Shown one piece after another: positions 40,105 through 48,130 of a DNA stretch of 64,000 nucleotides; within the stretch, counting starts at the first letter, position 1, and every line of letters begins with the position of its first letter. The position numbers and the translations under genes are program-made. The stretch is from assembly GCA_038212135.1 (NCBI GenBank), contig JBBQUX010000001.1, positions 13,734 to 77,733 on the forward strand, in the 5' to 3' direction. The notes beneath the pieces are model-generated. The model made no database searches, had not been told where the DNA came from, and worked only from the letters and a program-made list of their open reading frames with translations. This DNA comes from Bacteroidales bacterium (GTDB taxonomy: Bacteria > Bacteroidota > Bacteroidia > Bacteroidales > UBA4417).

Positions 40105-40156
40105 AACCTTTTTCCATCTCCCCATTTTCTTCTTATTCCTACGAGTTATCAACCTC

Positions 40157-40978
40157 ATGCAACCGGATTTCCTGCATTACGTACCTTTGGAAAAAATTCC
40201 GGAAATGGATCAACGACTTGCAGAATTTGAGCGACTACTGAAAATAATGGATGAGCTCAGGGCTCAGTGCCCATGGGATAAAGAACAAACCTTCGACTCA
40301 CTGAGGCATCTTACCATCGAAGAAACCTATGAGCTTTCGGATGCTATCCTGAAAAAGAACCCCGACGAAATCCGTATGGAACTTGGTGATCTGATGCTGC
40401 ATATGGTTTTTTATGCCAAGTTAGGCGAAGAAGCAGGTTCATTCGGCATTGCTGATGTACTTAGTGGGATCAACGAAAAACTGATCAACCGGCATCCGCA
40501 TATTTACGGAGATGTGAAAGTGAGCAACGCAACCGATGTTAAAGACAATTGGGAAAAGATTAAACTCAAAGAAGGCCGTGAATCAGTTCTCGAAGGTGTA
40601 CCCATGTCACTTCCTGCCATGGTGAAGGCGTACCGCATACAGGATAAAGTGCGCGGCGTAGGGTTCGACTGGGATAATGTTACCCAGGTATGGGAAAAGG
40701 TAGAAGAAGAAATTGCCGAGTTAAAGTATGAACTGAACAACGGCCACGATAAAGACCGGACCGAAGATGAATTTGGTGATCTGTTATTTGCACTTATTAA
40801 CTATGCCCGCTTCATCGATGTAAATCCCGAAACAGCACTCGAACGCACCAACCGCAGATTTATCAGCCGTTTTAAACATCTTGAAAAAGCAGTGAATGCC
40901 GAAGGAAAGAACCTTCAGGAGATGAACCTGGCAGAAATGGACGTGTATTGGGGAAAGGCGAAAGCGGCGGAGGGCTGA
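40157..40978 (+). CDS. mazG: nucleoside triphosphate pyrophosphohydrolase MazG
   Basis: From MQPDFLHYVP. Two MazG EExxE-type repeats (LTIEETYELSDAI, WEKVEEEIAELK...EDEFGDLLFALIN). The track ORF start at 39971 is a spurious extension through the CT-rich repeat. Confidence 0.88.
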   Translation: MQPDFLHYVPLEKIPEMDQRLAEFERLLKIMDELRAQCPWDKEQTFDSLRHLTIEETYELSDAILKKNPDEIRMELGDLMLHMVFYAKLGEEAGSFGIADVLSGINEKLINRHPHIYGDVKVSNATDVKDNWEKIKLKEGRESVLEGVPMSLPAMVKAYRIQDKVRGVGFDWDNVTQVWEKVEEEIAELKYELNNGHDKDRTEDEFGDLLFALINYARFIDVNPETALERTNRRFISRFKHLEKAVNAEGKNLQEMNLAEMDVYWGKAKAAEG

Positions 40979-41129
40979 AACTATATTTGTGGCTTAAATT
41001 TCATAAGAAGCAGGAATTGAACAGCTTGAAGAGTGAAAAATAATTCTCTTACACGCTTTAAGAACAAAACTTACTATCATGTTGTCATTCGTTAGTCATT
41101 TGTAAAATGCAGATGGGAAACAGGCTTAA

Positions 41130-41235
41130 CAATTTACGATTTTGGATTTACGAGGTTCGATTGGGGAGACTTAAATTTCTTATTCGTAAATCATCCTGAG
41201 TATTCGTAAATTGTATTTCGTAAATCGTAAATTTC
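41130..41235. repeat. TCGTAAAT / ATTTACGA word repeats
   Basis: ATTTACGA occurs twice (41132-41153) and its complement TCGTAAAT four times (41183-41231), in the convergent region between mazG and the ZIP gene. Confidence 0.8.
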
Positions 41236-41287
41236 TATTTTCCAGCAGGGTGCATAAAAGTCATGAAGTTGATCGTTAGCTACTAAT

Positions 41288-42103
41288 TTATCCTAATGCA
41301 ACATCCAGAAGCATCATCGTAGCAAAACCTAACATGGCACCAATGGTTGATAAGTCTGTTTCATTGCCGGTTTGCGACTCCGGGATCAATTCTTCCACTA
41401 CCACGAAAATCATAGCACCTGCAGCAAACGAAAGCGCGTAAGGCAGTAAAGGAGTTACCGTTAAAACAAGGTAAGCACCCAATACGCCTGCAATAGGCTC
41501 AACTGCTCCCGAAAGCTGGCCATAGTTGAAGGCTTTTAGCCGGGAAAACCCTTCTCTCCGCAATGGAATTGAAACCGCAGCTCCTTCAGGAAAATTCTGT
41601 AGCCCGATACCTATAGCCAGGGCTATTGCACCGGCCAGTAAACCTGTATCCGGATTATGCGCCAGAGCACCAAAGGCAACTCCAACCGCCAGCCCTTCCG
41701 GAATATTGTGAAGCGTAATTGCTAAAACAAGGAGCACACTTCGTTGCCACTGCGTTTTTATACCTTCCGCTTTATCAACAGCTAGTCCCATATGTAAGTG
41801 AGGCAGAATCTTGTCAATCAATAATAGAAAAGCTCCTCCTGACAAAAAACCTACCAGAGCCGGAACCCACGGAATTGAACCACTCTCTTCCGCCATTTCT
41901 ATTGCAGGTTTCAGCAGCGACCAGAAACTGGCTGCAATCATTACTCCTGCTGCAAAACCCAGCATCGAATTAAGTATTTTTTTGTTAATGGTTTTAAAGA
42001 AAAAAACCATTGAAGAACCTAAGGCTGTTACAAACCAGGTAAACAGCGTTGCCCCGAGAGCCAGCAACATCGGATTGTATTCGAGTAACCAATCAAAGTT
42101 CAT
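41288..42103 (-). CDS. zupT: ZIP-family divalent metal (Zn/Fe/Mn) transporter
   Basis: 271 aa, about 8 TM helices, ZIP signature HNIPEGLAVG and QNFPEGAAV. Confidence 0.88.
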   Translation of the reverse strand: MNFDWLLEYNPMLLALGATLFTWFVTALGSSMVFFFKTINKKILNSMLGFAAGVMIAASFWSLLKPAIEMAEESGSIPWVPALVGFLSGGAFLLLIDKILPHLHMGLAVDKAEGIKTQWQRSVLLVLAITLHNIPEGLAVGVAFGALAHNPDTGLLAGAIALAIGIGLQNFPEGAAVSIPLRREGFSRLKAFNYGQLSGAVEPIAGVLGAYLVLTVTPLLPYALSFAAGAMIFVVVEELIPESQTGNETDLSTIGAMLGFATMMLLDVALG

Positions 42104-42947
42104 AGTTGTGTCCGTTTCGTTTTTGTTTTTTTGGAATATTCCAACTGAATCCTACCGAAAAATAATTCATTTTTTGATTCAAGCCCACGCCAAATGAAAA
42201 ATCAAGTTGCAAATTTTCTCTTACAAGATATGTTATTCCCGAATCAAAGTTGGATATCCAATCTGTAAATTCAACAAATTCATCATAGGTTTCAATATAT
42301 GCGCCTATTCGTTTTGTTATACCTGTTCCCAGAACAACTGAGTAGGTTAAATATCCTGTTTCCGTATTAAAGTAATTGTACCCTACATTGTAACCAAGGT
42401 CTAAAAATTTAGTCAGGCTATGCGAAATGGCAAGCTTATTCACGATACCTGCATTTCCATTTGTTATACTTACCGCTCCGGTTGGCAAAACAAGGTGCGA
42501 AATAAAAGCAATCTCGGTATTGATATCCGGATTCTTTAAAATTTGAATCTTGACCCCTAGTTCCAGATCGCTTAATCCAAAGTTTTCTTCGGAAGTTTGT
42601 TCATTTTTAAAAGAAATCAATTGCTCAACCAGTCTCAGTTCGATATTTTTAGTAAGACCGTATCTGAATAAAGTGTTTGGTATCAGAAGCAACTTCTGCG
42701 AACTGTTGTTAAAATTATAATTTCCACTCATTACACCACACTCAATCTGGAAGCCTTTTAAAGGAATAATTGTAGACGATTCGGTTTGGTCTGGCCTGTC
42801 GGTAACAATTTCCGGTAAAACTAATTCTGTAATTTGCTGAAATTCAGGAATTTTTTTGTCTGTAACAGCAGTTGTTTGTGCTACTGAACAGTGCACAAAA
42901 AAAGTTAGAAAAAGGGAAGTTAGTATTTTAAGTAAGATTGATTTCAT
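42093..42947 (-). CDS. outer-membrane beta-barrel transporter-like protein (MetA-pathway/phenol-degradation-like family, tentative)
   Basis: Signal peptide MKSILLKILTSLFLTFFVHCSVAQ, alternating beta-strand pattern, C-terminal ...SVGFSWNI. Overlaps the ZIP gene by 11 nt, suggesting an operon. Confidence 0.55.
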   Translation of the reverse strand: MKSILLKILTSLFLTFFVHCSVAQTTAVTDKKIPEFQQITELVLPEIVTDRPDQTESSTIIPLKGFQIECGVMSGNYNFNNSSQKLLLIPNTLFRYGLTKNIELRLVEQLISFKNEQTSEENFGLSDLELGVKIQILKNPDINTEIAFISHLVLPTGAVSITNGNAGIVNKLAISHSLTKFLDLGYNVGYNYFNTETGYLTYSVVLGTGITKRIGAYIETYDEFVEFTDWISNFDSGITYLVRENLQLDFSFGVGLNQKMNYFSVGFSWNIPKKQKRNGHNYEL

Positions 42948-42980
42948 GCTTTTTGGAAAATAGAAGTGCAAAACTAATAA

Positions 42981-42998
42981 TGTTAGACGAACCTAACA
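42981..42998. promoter_or_regulatory. candidate DtxR/MntR operator (TGTTAG-N6-CTAACA palindrome)
   Basis: Perfect 6-bp arms in the 106-bp divergent region between the DtxR-family gene and the OMP-ZIP operon. The half-site resembles the GTTAG/CTAAC core of the classical DtxR box, but the spacing differs. Confidence 0.35.
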
Positions 42999-43020
42999 AA
43001 TAAAGTTTTAAAAATATTTG

Positions 43021-43028
43021 TATTTTTG
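43021..43028 (+). promoter_or_regulatory. Bacteroidota -7 promoter box (TAnnTTTG)
   Basis: TATTTTTG lies 26 nt upstream of the DtxR-family ATG. Confidence 0.35.
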
Positions 43029-43053
43029 TTGTCAAATACCCGATCAACCCAAA

Positions 43054-43707
43054 ATGGTAAGCTCAACGGAAGAAAACTACTTAAAGGCTTTATTGAAACT
43101 CACTTTCGAAAGTGAAACAAATGAAGCAGGGACGAATGAATTAGCCGGACTTCTGGCATTGAAGCCTGCTACTGTTAACGACATGCTTAAGAAGCTTAAA
43201 GAGAAGCAGTTGGTTGACTATAGAAAGTATGGAAAAATCACACTGTCGCCGAAAGGGAAGAAAATTGCAATAGAAGTATTAAGAAAGCATCGTTTATGGG
43301 AGACCTTTTTATATAAAAAATTTAAATTTACCTGGGACGAAGTTCACGAAGTGGCTGAACAACTGGAACATATACAATCAGTAAAGTTGGTTGATAAACT
43401 CGACGATTTTTTAGGATACCCGAAGTTTGACCCTCACGGTGAGCCAATCCCTGATTCGAGAGGGGAAATGAAGCAAAATTTTAAAAATAACCTTGCGGAG
43501 GTTAAGGTAGGAAATAGTTGCAAAATGGTTTCTGTAAAGGATAATTCAAGCTCATTTTTACAATATGTTGATAAAGTTGGGTTGGCGATTAACAGCCAGA
43601 TTCGGGTTATATCAAAACAGGAATATGATGCTTTGATAGTGATCGAAGTCAATGAAAAAACTTCGACAGTAAGCCAGAAATTTGCTGAAAATATCTTCGT
43701 TGCCTGA
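43054..43707 (+). CDS. DtxR/MntR-family metal-dependent transcriptional repressor (with C-terminal FeoA/SH3-like domain)
   Basis: STEENYLKALLKL N-terminus, wHTH (ELAGLLALKPATVNDMLKKL), metal-site helix HRLWETFL...EVHEVAEQLEH, C-terminal SH3-like domain. Confidence 0.85.
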   Translation: MVSSTEENYLKALLKLTFESETNEAGTNELAGLLALKPATVNDMLKKLKEKQLVDYRKYGKITLSPKGKKIAIEVLRKHRLWETFLYKKFKFTWDEVHEVAEQLEHIQSVKLVDKLDDFLGYPKFDPHGEPIPDSRGEMKQNFKNNLAEVKVGNSCKMVSVKDNSSSFLQYVDKVGLAINSQIRVISKQEYDALIVIEVNEKTSTVSQKFAENIFVA

Positions 43708-43741
43708 TCAGTTCCATTAACCGGAATCATAGATTTTGAAG

Positions 43742-44332
43742 CTAATCCGTATACGAATCGATTGATATTATTTTATTCGAGATTGCGTAAATTGTAAGTC
43801 CTGCCTGGCTTTTAATTCCTGTTTTCTGAATTATATTTTTGCGGTGGCTTACAACGGTATGAATACTGATATTAAGTTTCTCGCCAATTTCCTTGTCCGA
43901 TAATCCGTGTACCAATTGTATCAGAACCTCCATTTCGCGTTCGGTAATTTGTTCGCTTACTGTATTTTCAGACACATGAGCTGCATTATGAACCTGTTTG
44001 TAAATAGTGCTGATAATGGTTTCAGGAGTATCGGTAATATGTAACAGGCTGCCGGAAACTGAAAGTATTTCTTTATCAAAATAGGAATAAATAAGCCCGA
44101 TCCATTTGAATTGCGTAATTGTGCGTTTAAGTTGTACAAAATGCCTGGTATTGTTTTGTATCTGCGCAGGGTTTAGTATTACAATAGCAATTTTTTCTTT
44201 TAGTCCCGTATGTTCGGGTTCTTCCATATTTTCGAGCCGGTAAACCTGAAAATGATAGTGCGACCGGAGCAAAACATTGGCCAATCCCTAGTAAATAATA
44301 TATGAAGGTTCTATTATAGCTATATGAATCAT
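43742..44332 (-). pseudogene. LuxR-family regulator (receiver-like N-domain plus LuxR HTH) interrupted by an in-frame TAG at codon 15
   Basis: Reading the reverse strand from the ATG at comp(44330-44332) gives MIHIAIIEPSYIIY-TAG-GLANVLLRSHY..., continuing in frame into the 180-aa track ORF. That ORF otherwise needs a TTG start. C-terminal LuxR HTH: TEREMEVLIQLVHGLSDKEIGEKLNISIHTVVSHRKNI. Confidence 0.6.
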
Positions 44333-44475
44333 ATGTTTAACCAATTTTTTCCTTGTTTTCAAAGTTTTATCACGAGTGGGATCAGGATAGTTTCTTCGAT
44401 CAGGGAATGAATATTAAGCACATACTCGAGTTCAATCAGGCTGAAAAGTGATTTCCGGCGGTTTACCGGATTGCT

Positions 44476-45018
44476 TTATAGTGAGACATGATGTAGCAGC
44501 AGGTTTTTCAGATCGGTAAGTTTCGATTCAATATCGGTATGATGTTCAAGGTATTCCGTTCCCGAAAATTTGGTGACTTCATTTTTGTGGTTTGGTGCTT
44601 TGCTGTGAAGAAGGCTTCGGAAATAGGGGAAAGCAATACCCTCTTCATAATCCAGGTGCTCTGATACTTCCAGGAAATAGTCGTTAAAAAATTTCTCGAT
44701 CATCCGGATTTCAGCAGTGGGATTTTTCTCAAACAATTTCTTAATATGTTCCTGTATCTCCGGGTATTTGTCGTATTTAAAATAGTAGTGGCTGTTTCTT
44801 AAAAAACCGATAATCGTTTCAATATGCTCGAAATCAAAAACGTCGGAAACGGATGGTGAAAATCCATTATAGAGGTTGGCAAACGTAATAAACACCTTTT
44901 CATTAATTCCATTTTCGGAGCAAAGTTGCTTTACAGTTTTTTCATGCATAACCAGATCGAGCCCGAAATGTTCCAGTAACAGTAACAGGTAGGGATTCTC
45001 AAAGATGAGATCCGCCAT
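44476..45018 (-). CDS. hemerythrin-like (HHE cation-binding) domain protein (tentative)
   Basis: 180 aa, all-helical. His/Glu-rich helices (EVSEHLDYEE, EYLEHHTDIESKL). This kind of protein often sits next to LuxR-type regulators in Bacteroidota (from memory). Confidence 0.45.
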   Translation of the reverse strand: MADLIFENPYLLLLLEHFGLDLVMHEKTVKQLCSENGINEKVFITFANLYNGFSPSVSDVFDFEHIETIIGFLRNSHYYFKYDKYPEIQEHIKKLFEKNPTAEIRMIEKFFNDYFLEVSEHLDYEEGIAFPYFRSLLHSKAPNHKNEVTKFSGTEYLEHHTDIESKLTDLKNLLLHHVSL

Positions 45019-45129
45019 TGTAATGTCCGGGTTTAATATAGGTTTTGGTGGTTTGATACATCTGGGTTAGCTATTTCATTAGGGTAAAATTAATTAAAAT
45101 AATTCACTGTCATAAGTAAATTAATATTG

Positions 45130-45137
45130 TAAATTTG
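45130..45137 (+). promoter_or_regulatory. Bacteroidota -7 promoter box (TAnnTTTG)
   Basis: TAAATTTG lies 27 nt upstream of the CDF ATG. Confidence 0.4.
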
Positions 45138-45163
45138 GTTCATAAACTGTCGGAGATATCCTG

Positions 45164-46081
45164 ATGCAACCCAAATCCCTGAAAAAATTTATTTACCTGG
45201 CGATTGCAGCTGCTGTTACTACAATCTCTTTAAAGCTTTTGGCCTACTACCTGACGGGCTCGGTAGGATTGTTTTCCGATGCACTCGAGTCGTTCGTTAA
45301 CCTGATTGCTGCTGTCATTGCTCTTTTTATGATTACCCTGGCCGAGAAACCTGCTGACGAGGAACATGCATTTGGACATTACAAAGCAGAGTACTTTTCA
45401 AGTGCTATCGAAGGTGGTTTGATTGTACTCGCAGCATTCAGTATTATATGGTCGGCTATTCCAAGACTTATACATCCGCAGCCACTCGAAAATGTAGGAA
45501 TCGGGTTGCTTGTTGCTGTGGGAGCTACAGCTATTAACCTTGTGGTAGGATTGATTCTGATTAAGAATGGGCGAAAAAATCACTCCATCGCTCTCGAAGC
45601 CGATGGCAGGCATCTAATGACTGATGTTTATACTTCAGTTGGTGTTTTGATAGGTATTGGCCTTGTGAAACTTTCGGGTTGGCTGGTACTCGACGCGATA
45701 GTCGCTATAGGTGTTGCGTTGAATATATTATGGGCGGGATATCAGCTGATGCGCCGTTCGGCAATGGGTTTGCTCGATACAGGGATACCTGCCGAAGAGC
45801 GTGCCAAAATAATTAAAGCTTTGGAGCCATTAAAATCAGAGAATCTTGATTATCATTCGCTTATGACCAGGCAGGCCGGCCAACGCAAGTTCATAGCGGT
45901 TCATGTGCTGATGCCGGGCCAATGGACCATACAGGAAGGTCACAACAAAGTTGAAAAGATTGAAAAAGACATACGTAATCTTTTTGATTCACCTGTAACC
46001 GTTTTCACGCACCAGGAGCCTATTGATGATGCTATTTCATTCAGTGATATCGGGCTGGACAGGAACGAACCTGCAATCTGA
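45164..46081 (+). CDS. cation diffusion facilitator (CDF) family metal efflux transporter
   Basis: 305 aa, six TM helices. CDF metal-site motifs (SDALESFVN in TM2, HLMTDVYTS in TM5) and a C-terminal cytoplasmic domain. Confidence 0.88.
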   Translation: MQPKSLKKFIYLAIAAAVTTISLKLLAYYLTGSVGLFSDALESFVNLIAAVIALFMITLAEKPADEEHAFGHYKAEYFSSAIEGGLIVLAAFSIIWSAIPRLIHPQPLENVGIGLLVAVGATAINLVVGLILIKNGRKNHSIALEADGRHLMTDVYTSVGVLIGIGLVKLSGWLVLDAIVAIGVALNILWAGYQLMRRSAMGLLDTGIPAEERAKIIKALEPLKSENLDYHSLMTRQAGQRKFIAVHVLMPGQWTIQEGHNKVEKIEKDIRNLFDSPVTVFTHQEPIDDAISFSDIGLDRNEPAI

Positions 46082-46120
46082 AAAATACAGCTGATTATTA
46101 TTGGTTATTTAGTGTGTATT

Positions 46121-46275
46121 AGAAAACGAGTTTAAAATGAGTTTTGCCAACGCTCACCCCTTAGTCCCCGAAGGGGAAAGTCCTCGCGCACAGAAGATTG
46201 AGTTTTGTACACCGAATCTAAGATTGATGGAAATGAACATTTTTACATAAAACGATGTATTTTCTTAGTAACACT
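46121..46275 (+). repeat. copy B of the approximately 155-bp dispersed repeat (inverted relative to 6171-6325)
   Basis: See copy A. Begins 40 nt after the CDF stop codon. Confidence 0.85.
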
Positions 46276-46553
46276 ATTTATGTATTTGATTATTCAATTT
46301 TTAAGAATGGCAATTGTGCTTCTGATAATTATTGTCTTTGAATTGTCCAATTCCAGGCAATTTTCCGGATAGTTTTGTATTACAAAAATCACATATGAAA
46401 ACTTATAAATATAAGAAAATATTTAATAATGAAAAACATTATACTATTAAATTAGTAACAGGCATTAATAAGCGTAACTTTACTCAACTTTAAATTATGC
46501 CATATAGCCATTATTTAGAGTCAAACTATATTCTTGTATCTAAAACATCGGTG

Positions 46554-47843
46554 ATGAAAAAAAAATTCTTTTTATTTGTGCTTGTACCAAGTTTTTTTTT
46601 GTGTTTCTCATGTAAAAAAGAGACCACTACAATTCCTGCAACAGGCGGCGCATATGTTGTATTTGCGTGGAATGACCTCGGAATGCATTGTCTTAATCCA
46701 TCGTACGACGAAATGGTAATCCTGCCTCCTTTTAACACAGTAAATGTACAGGTTGTAAAAAGGGGAGATCCTCCACAAATTATTACCACAGGAATAACTG
46801 TTGAATACAACCTTATTAATAATACTTCGTCTTACGGTAAAAGGTTTTATGGTGGATTCTGGACAAATTTTACCGCTTTGTTCGGAGGTACGCCTCCTGC
46901 AAACAATATTGGGCTTACAGGCACTGCTCTTTCGGGAACAATGACTGCCAAAACCGACCACTTTTCAGCGGAAGGAATGCCTGTTGTTCCGGTGAATGAT
47001 GCCGGAATATGGGACCCTTTCCAGGTTATTGAGGTTAGGGTTAAAGATGCATCAGGTAATTTACTTGCAATAACGCAGGCAACTGTTCCTACTTCCGACG
47101 AAATAAATTGTGCAAAGTGTCATACTGAAGCTACAGGCAGTGTATTTACAAACATATTAAATGCCCACGACGCAGCCCATGGTACCACATTGGTGAACCA
47201 GAAACCGGTTTTATGTGCTAAATGCCATGGCAGTCCTGCCTTGGGTACTACCGGTCCGGGAACATCAGGCAAATATTTTTCACAGGCAATTCATGGATTT
47301 CATGCAACCAAAAGTGCAACCTGCTATGATTGCCACCCCGGAACATCAACCAAATGCAACAGGAGTATTGCCCATGGAGGGAACAATAGCGACGGCTATT
47401 GTACAACCTGTCATGGCGATATGGCAAATGTGGCATCAACTATTGAAAATGGAAGAGTACCATGGGTAACAGAGCCAAAATGCATAAAGTGCCATACTGG
47501 TGTTAGCGGTGTAGAAACAAACACATTGCTTTACCGCAATTCAGTCGGACATGGTAATGTTTACTGTACTGCTTGCCATGGAAGTCCACACGCTATGTAT
47601 CCTTCACGCGAAGCGAAAGACAATTATCAACCCAATCAATACCAGGGTAGCAAAATTAAAACGATCGGGAGTTGTGGCGTTTGCCACGACAGTTCCAAAG
47701 GTGAAGGCTCGGGAGGTGAATTTTCCAGCACACATGGTGGTACAAATCCGGAACATCAGAATACATGTCATGTCTGCCACACGGCCATTTCTTCAAATAC
47801 GGCCAACTGGCCTCATGGTTATTCATGGAAAAATTCAAATTAG
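46554..47843 (+). CDS. octaheme c-type cytochrome lipoprotein (8 x CXXCH), unknown family
   Basis: Start at MKKKFFLFVLVPSFFLCFSC (lipobox). A heme-free N-terminal domain of about 170 aa (WNDLGMHC...) is followed by CAKCH, CAKCH, CYDCH, CTTCH, CIKCH, CTACH, CGVCH and CHVCH. Confidence 0.85.
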   Translation: MKKKFFLFVLVPSFFLCFSCKKETTTIPATGGAYVVFAWNDLGMHCLNPSYDEMVILPPFNTVNVQVVKRGDPPQIITTGITVEYNLINNTSSYGKRFYGGFWTNFTALFGGTPPANNIGLTGTALSGTMTAKTDHFSAEGMPVVPVNDAGIWDPFQVIEVRVKDASGNLLAITQATVPTSDEINCAKCHTEATGSVFTNILNAHDAAHGTTLVNQKPVLCAKCHGSPALGTTGPGTSGKYFSQAIHGFHATKSATCYDCHPGTSTKCNRSIAHGGNNSDGYCTTCHGDMANVASTIENGRVPWVTEPKCIKCHTGVSGVETNTLLYRNSVGHGNVYCTACHGSPHAMYPSREAKDNYQPNQYQGSKIKTIGSCGVCHDSSKGEGSGGEFSSTHGGTNPEHQNTCHVCHTAISSNTANWPHGYSWKNSN

Positions 47844-48067
47844 GGTCATTTGCAAACGTCAAAACATATGATTGATCCAGATGGGGTATAAATTTCTTAT
47901 TGTACGATCAGTAAGTGTAAACCTGAATTAGATCTAATATGGATGCTTAATAATCTGGCTTTACTTAAAATCCTTTTAGAGTGTAAATGCATCTAAAACT
48001 GATTAGTATCATAAAAATAAATGCCGGATTAATGGGTATAAAAATCCATAAACGTATTTAAATCAAT

Positions 48068-48075
48068 TAACTTTG
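48068..48075 (+). promoter_or_regulatory. Bacteroidota -7 promoter box (TAnnTTTG)
   Basis: TAACTTTG lies 56 nt upstream of the ATG at 48131. Confidence 0.4.
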
Positions 48076-48130
48076 TAAATGCTATAGCCAATATAGCTCC
48101 TGTAAAAAATAGTCCTTCAAATCAAACAAT

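Noticed and set aside
39971-40156. N-terminal 62-codon extension of the mazG ORF (..FRLPTSDIRLPSSAFRLPTFF..).
   Set aside because: It is the in-frame translation of a CT-rich tandem repeat. MazG-like sequence and a plausible N-terminus begin only at the ATG at 40157.
44288-44290. In-frame TAG in the LuxR gene as evidence for amber recoding or an alternative genetic code.
   Set aside because: TAG is used as an ordinary stop elsewhere in the window (for example gldK at 19341-19343 and the adhesin at 9196-9198). A nonsense mutation or sequencing error is more likely.
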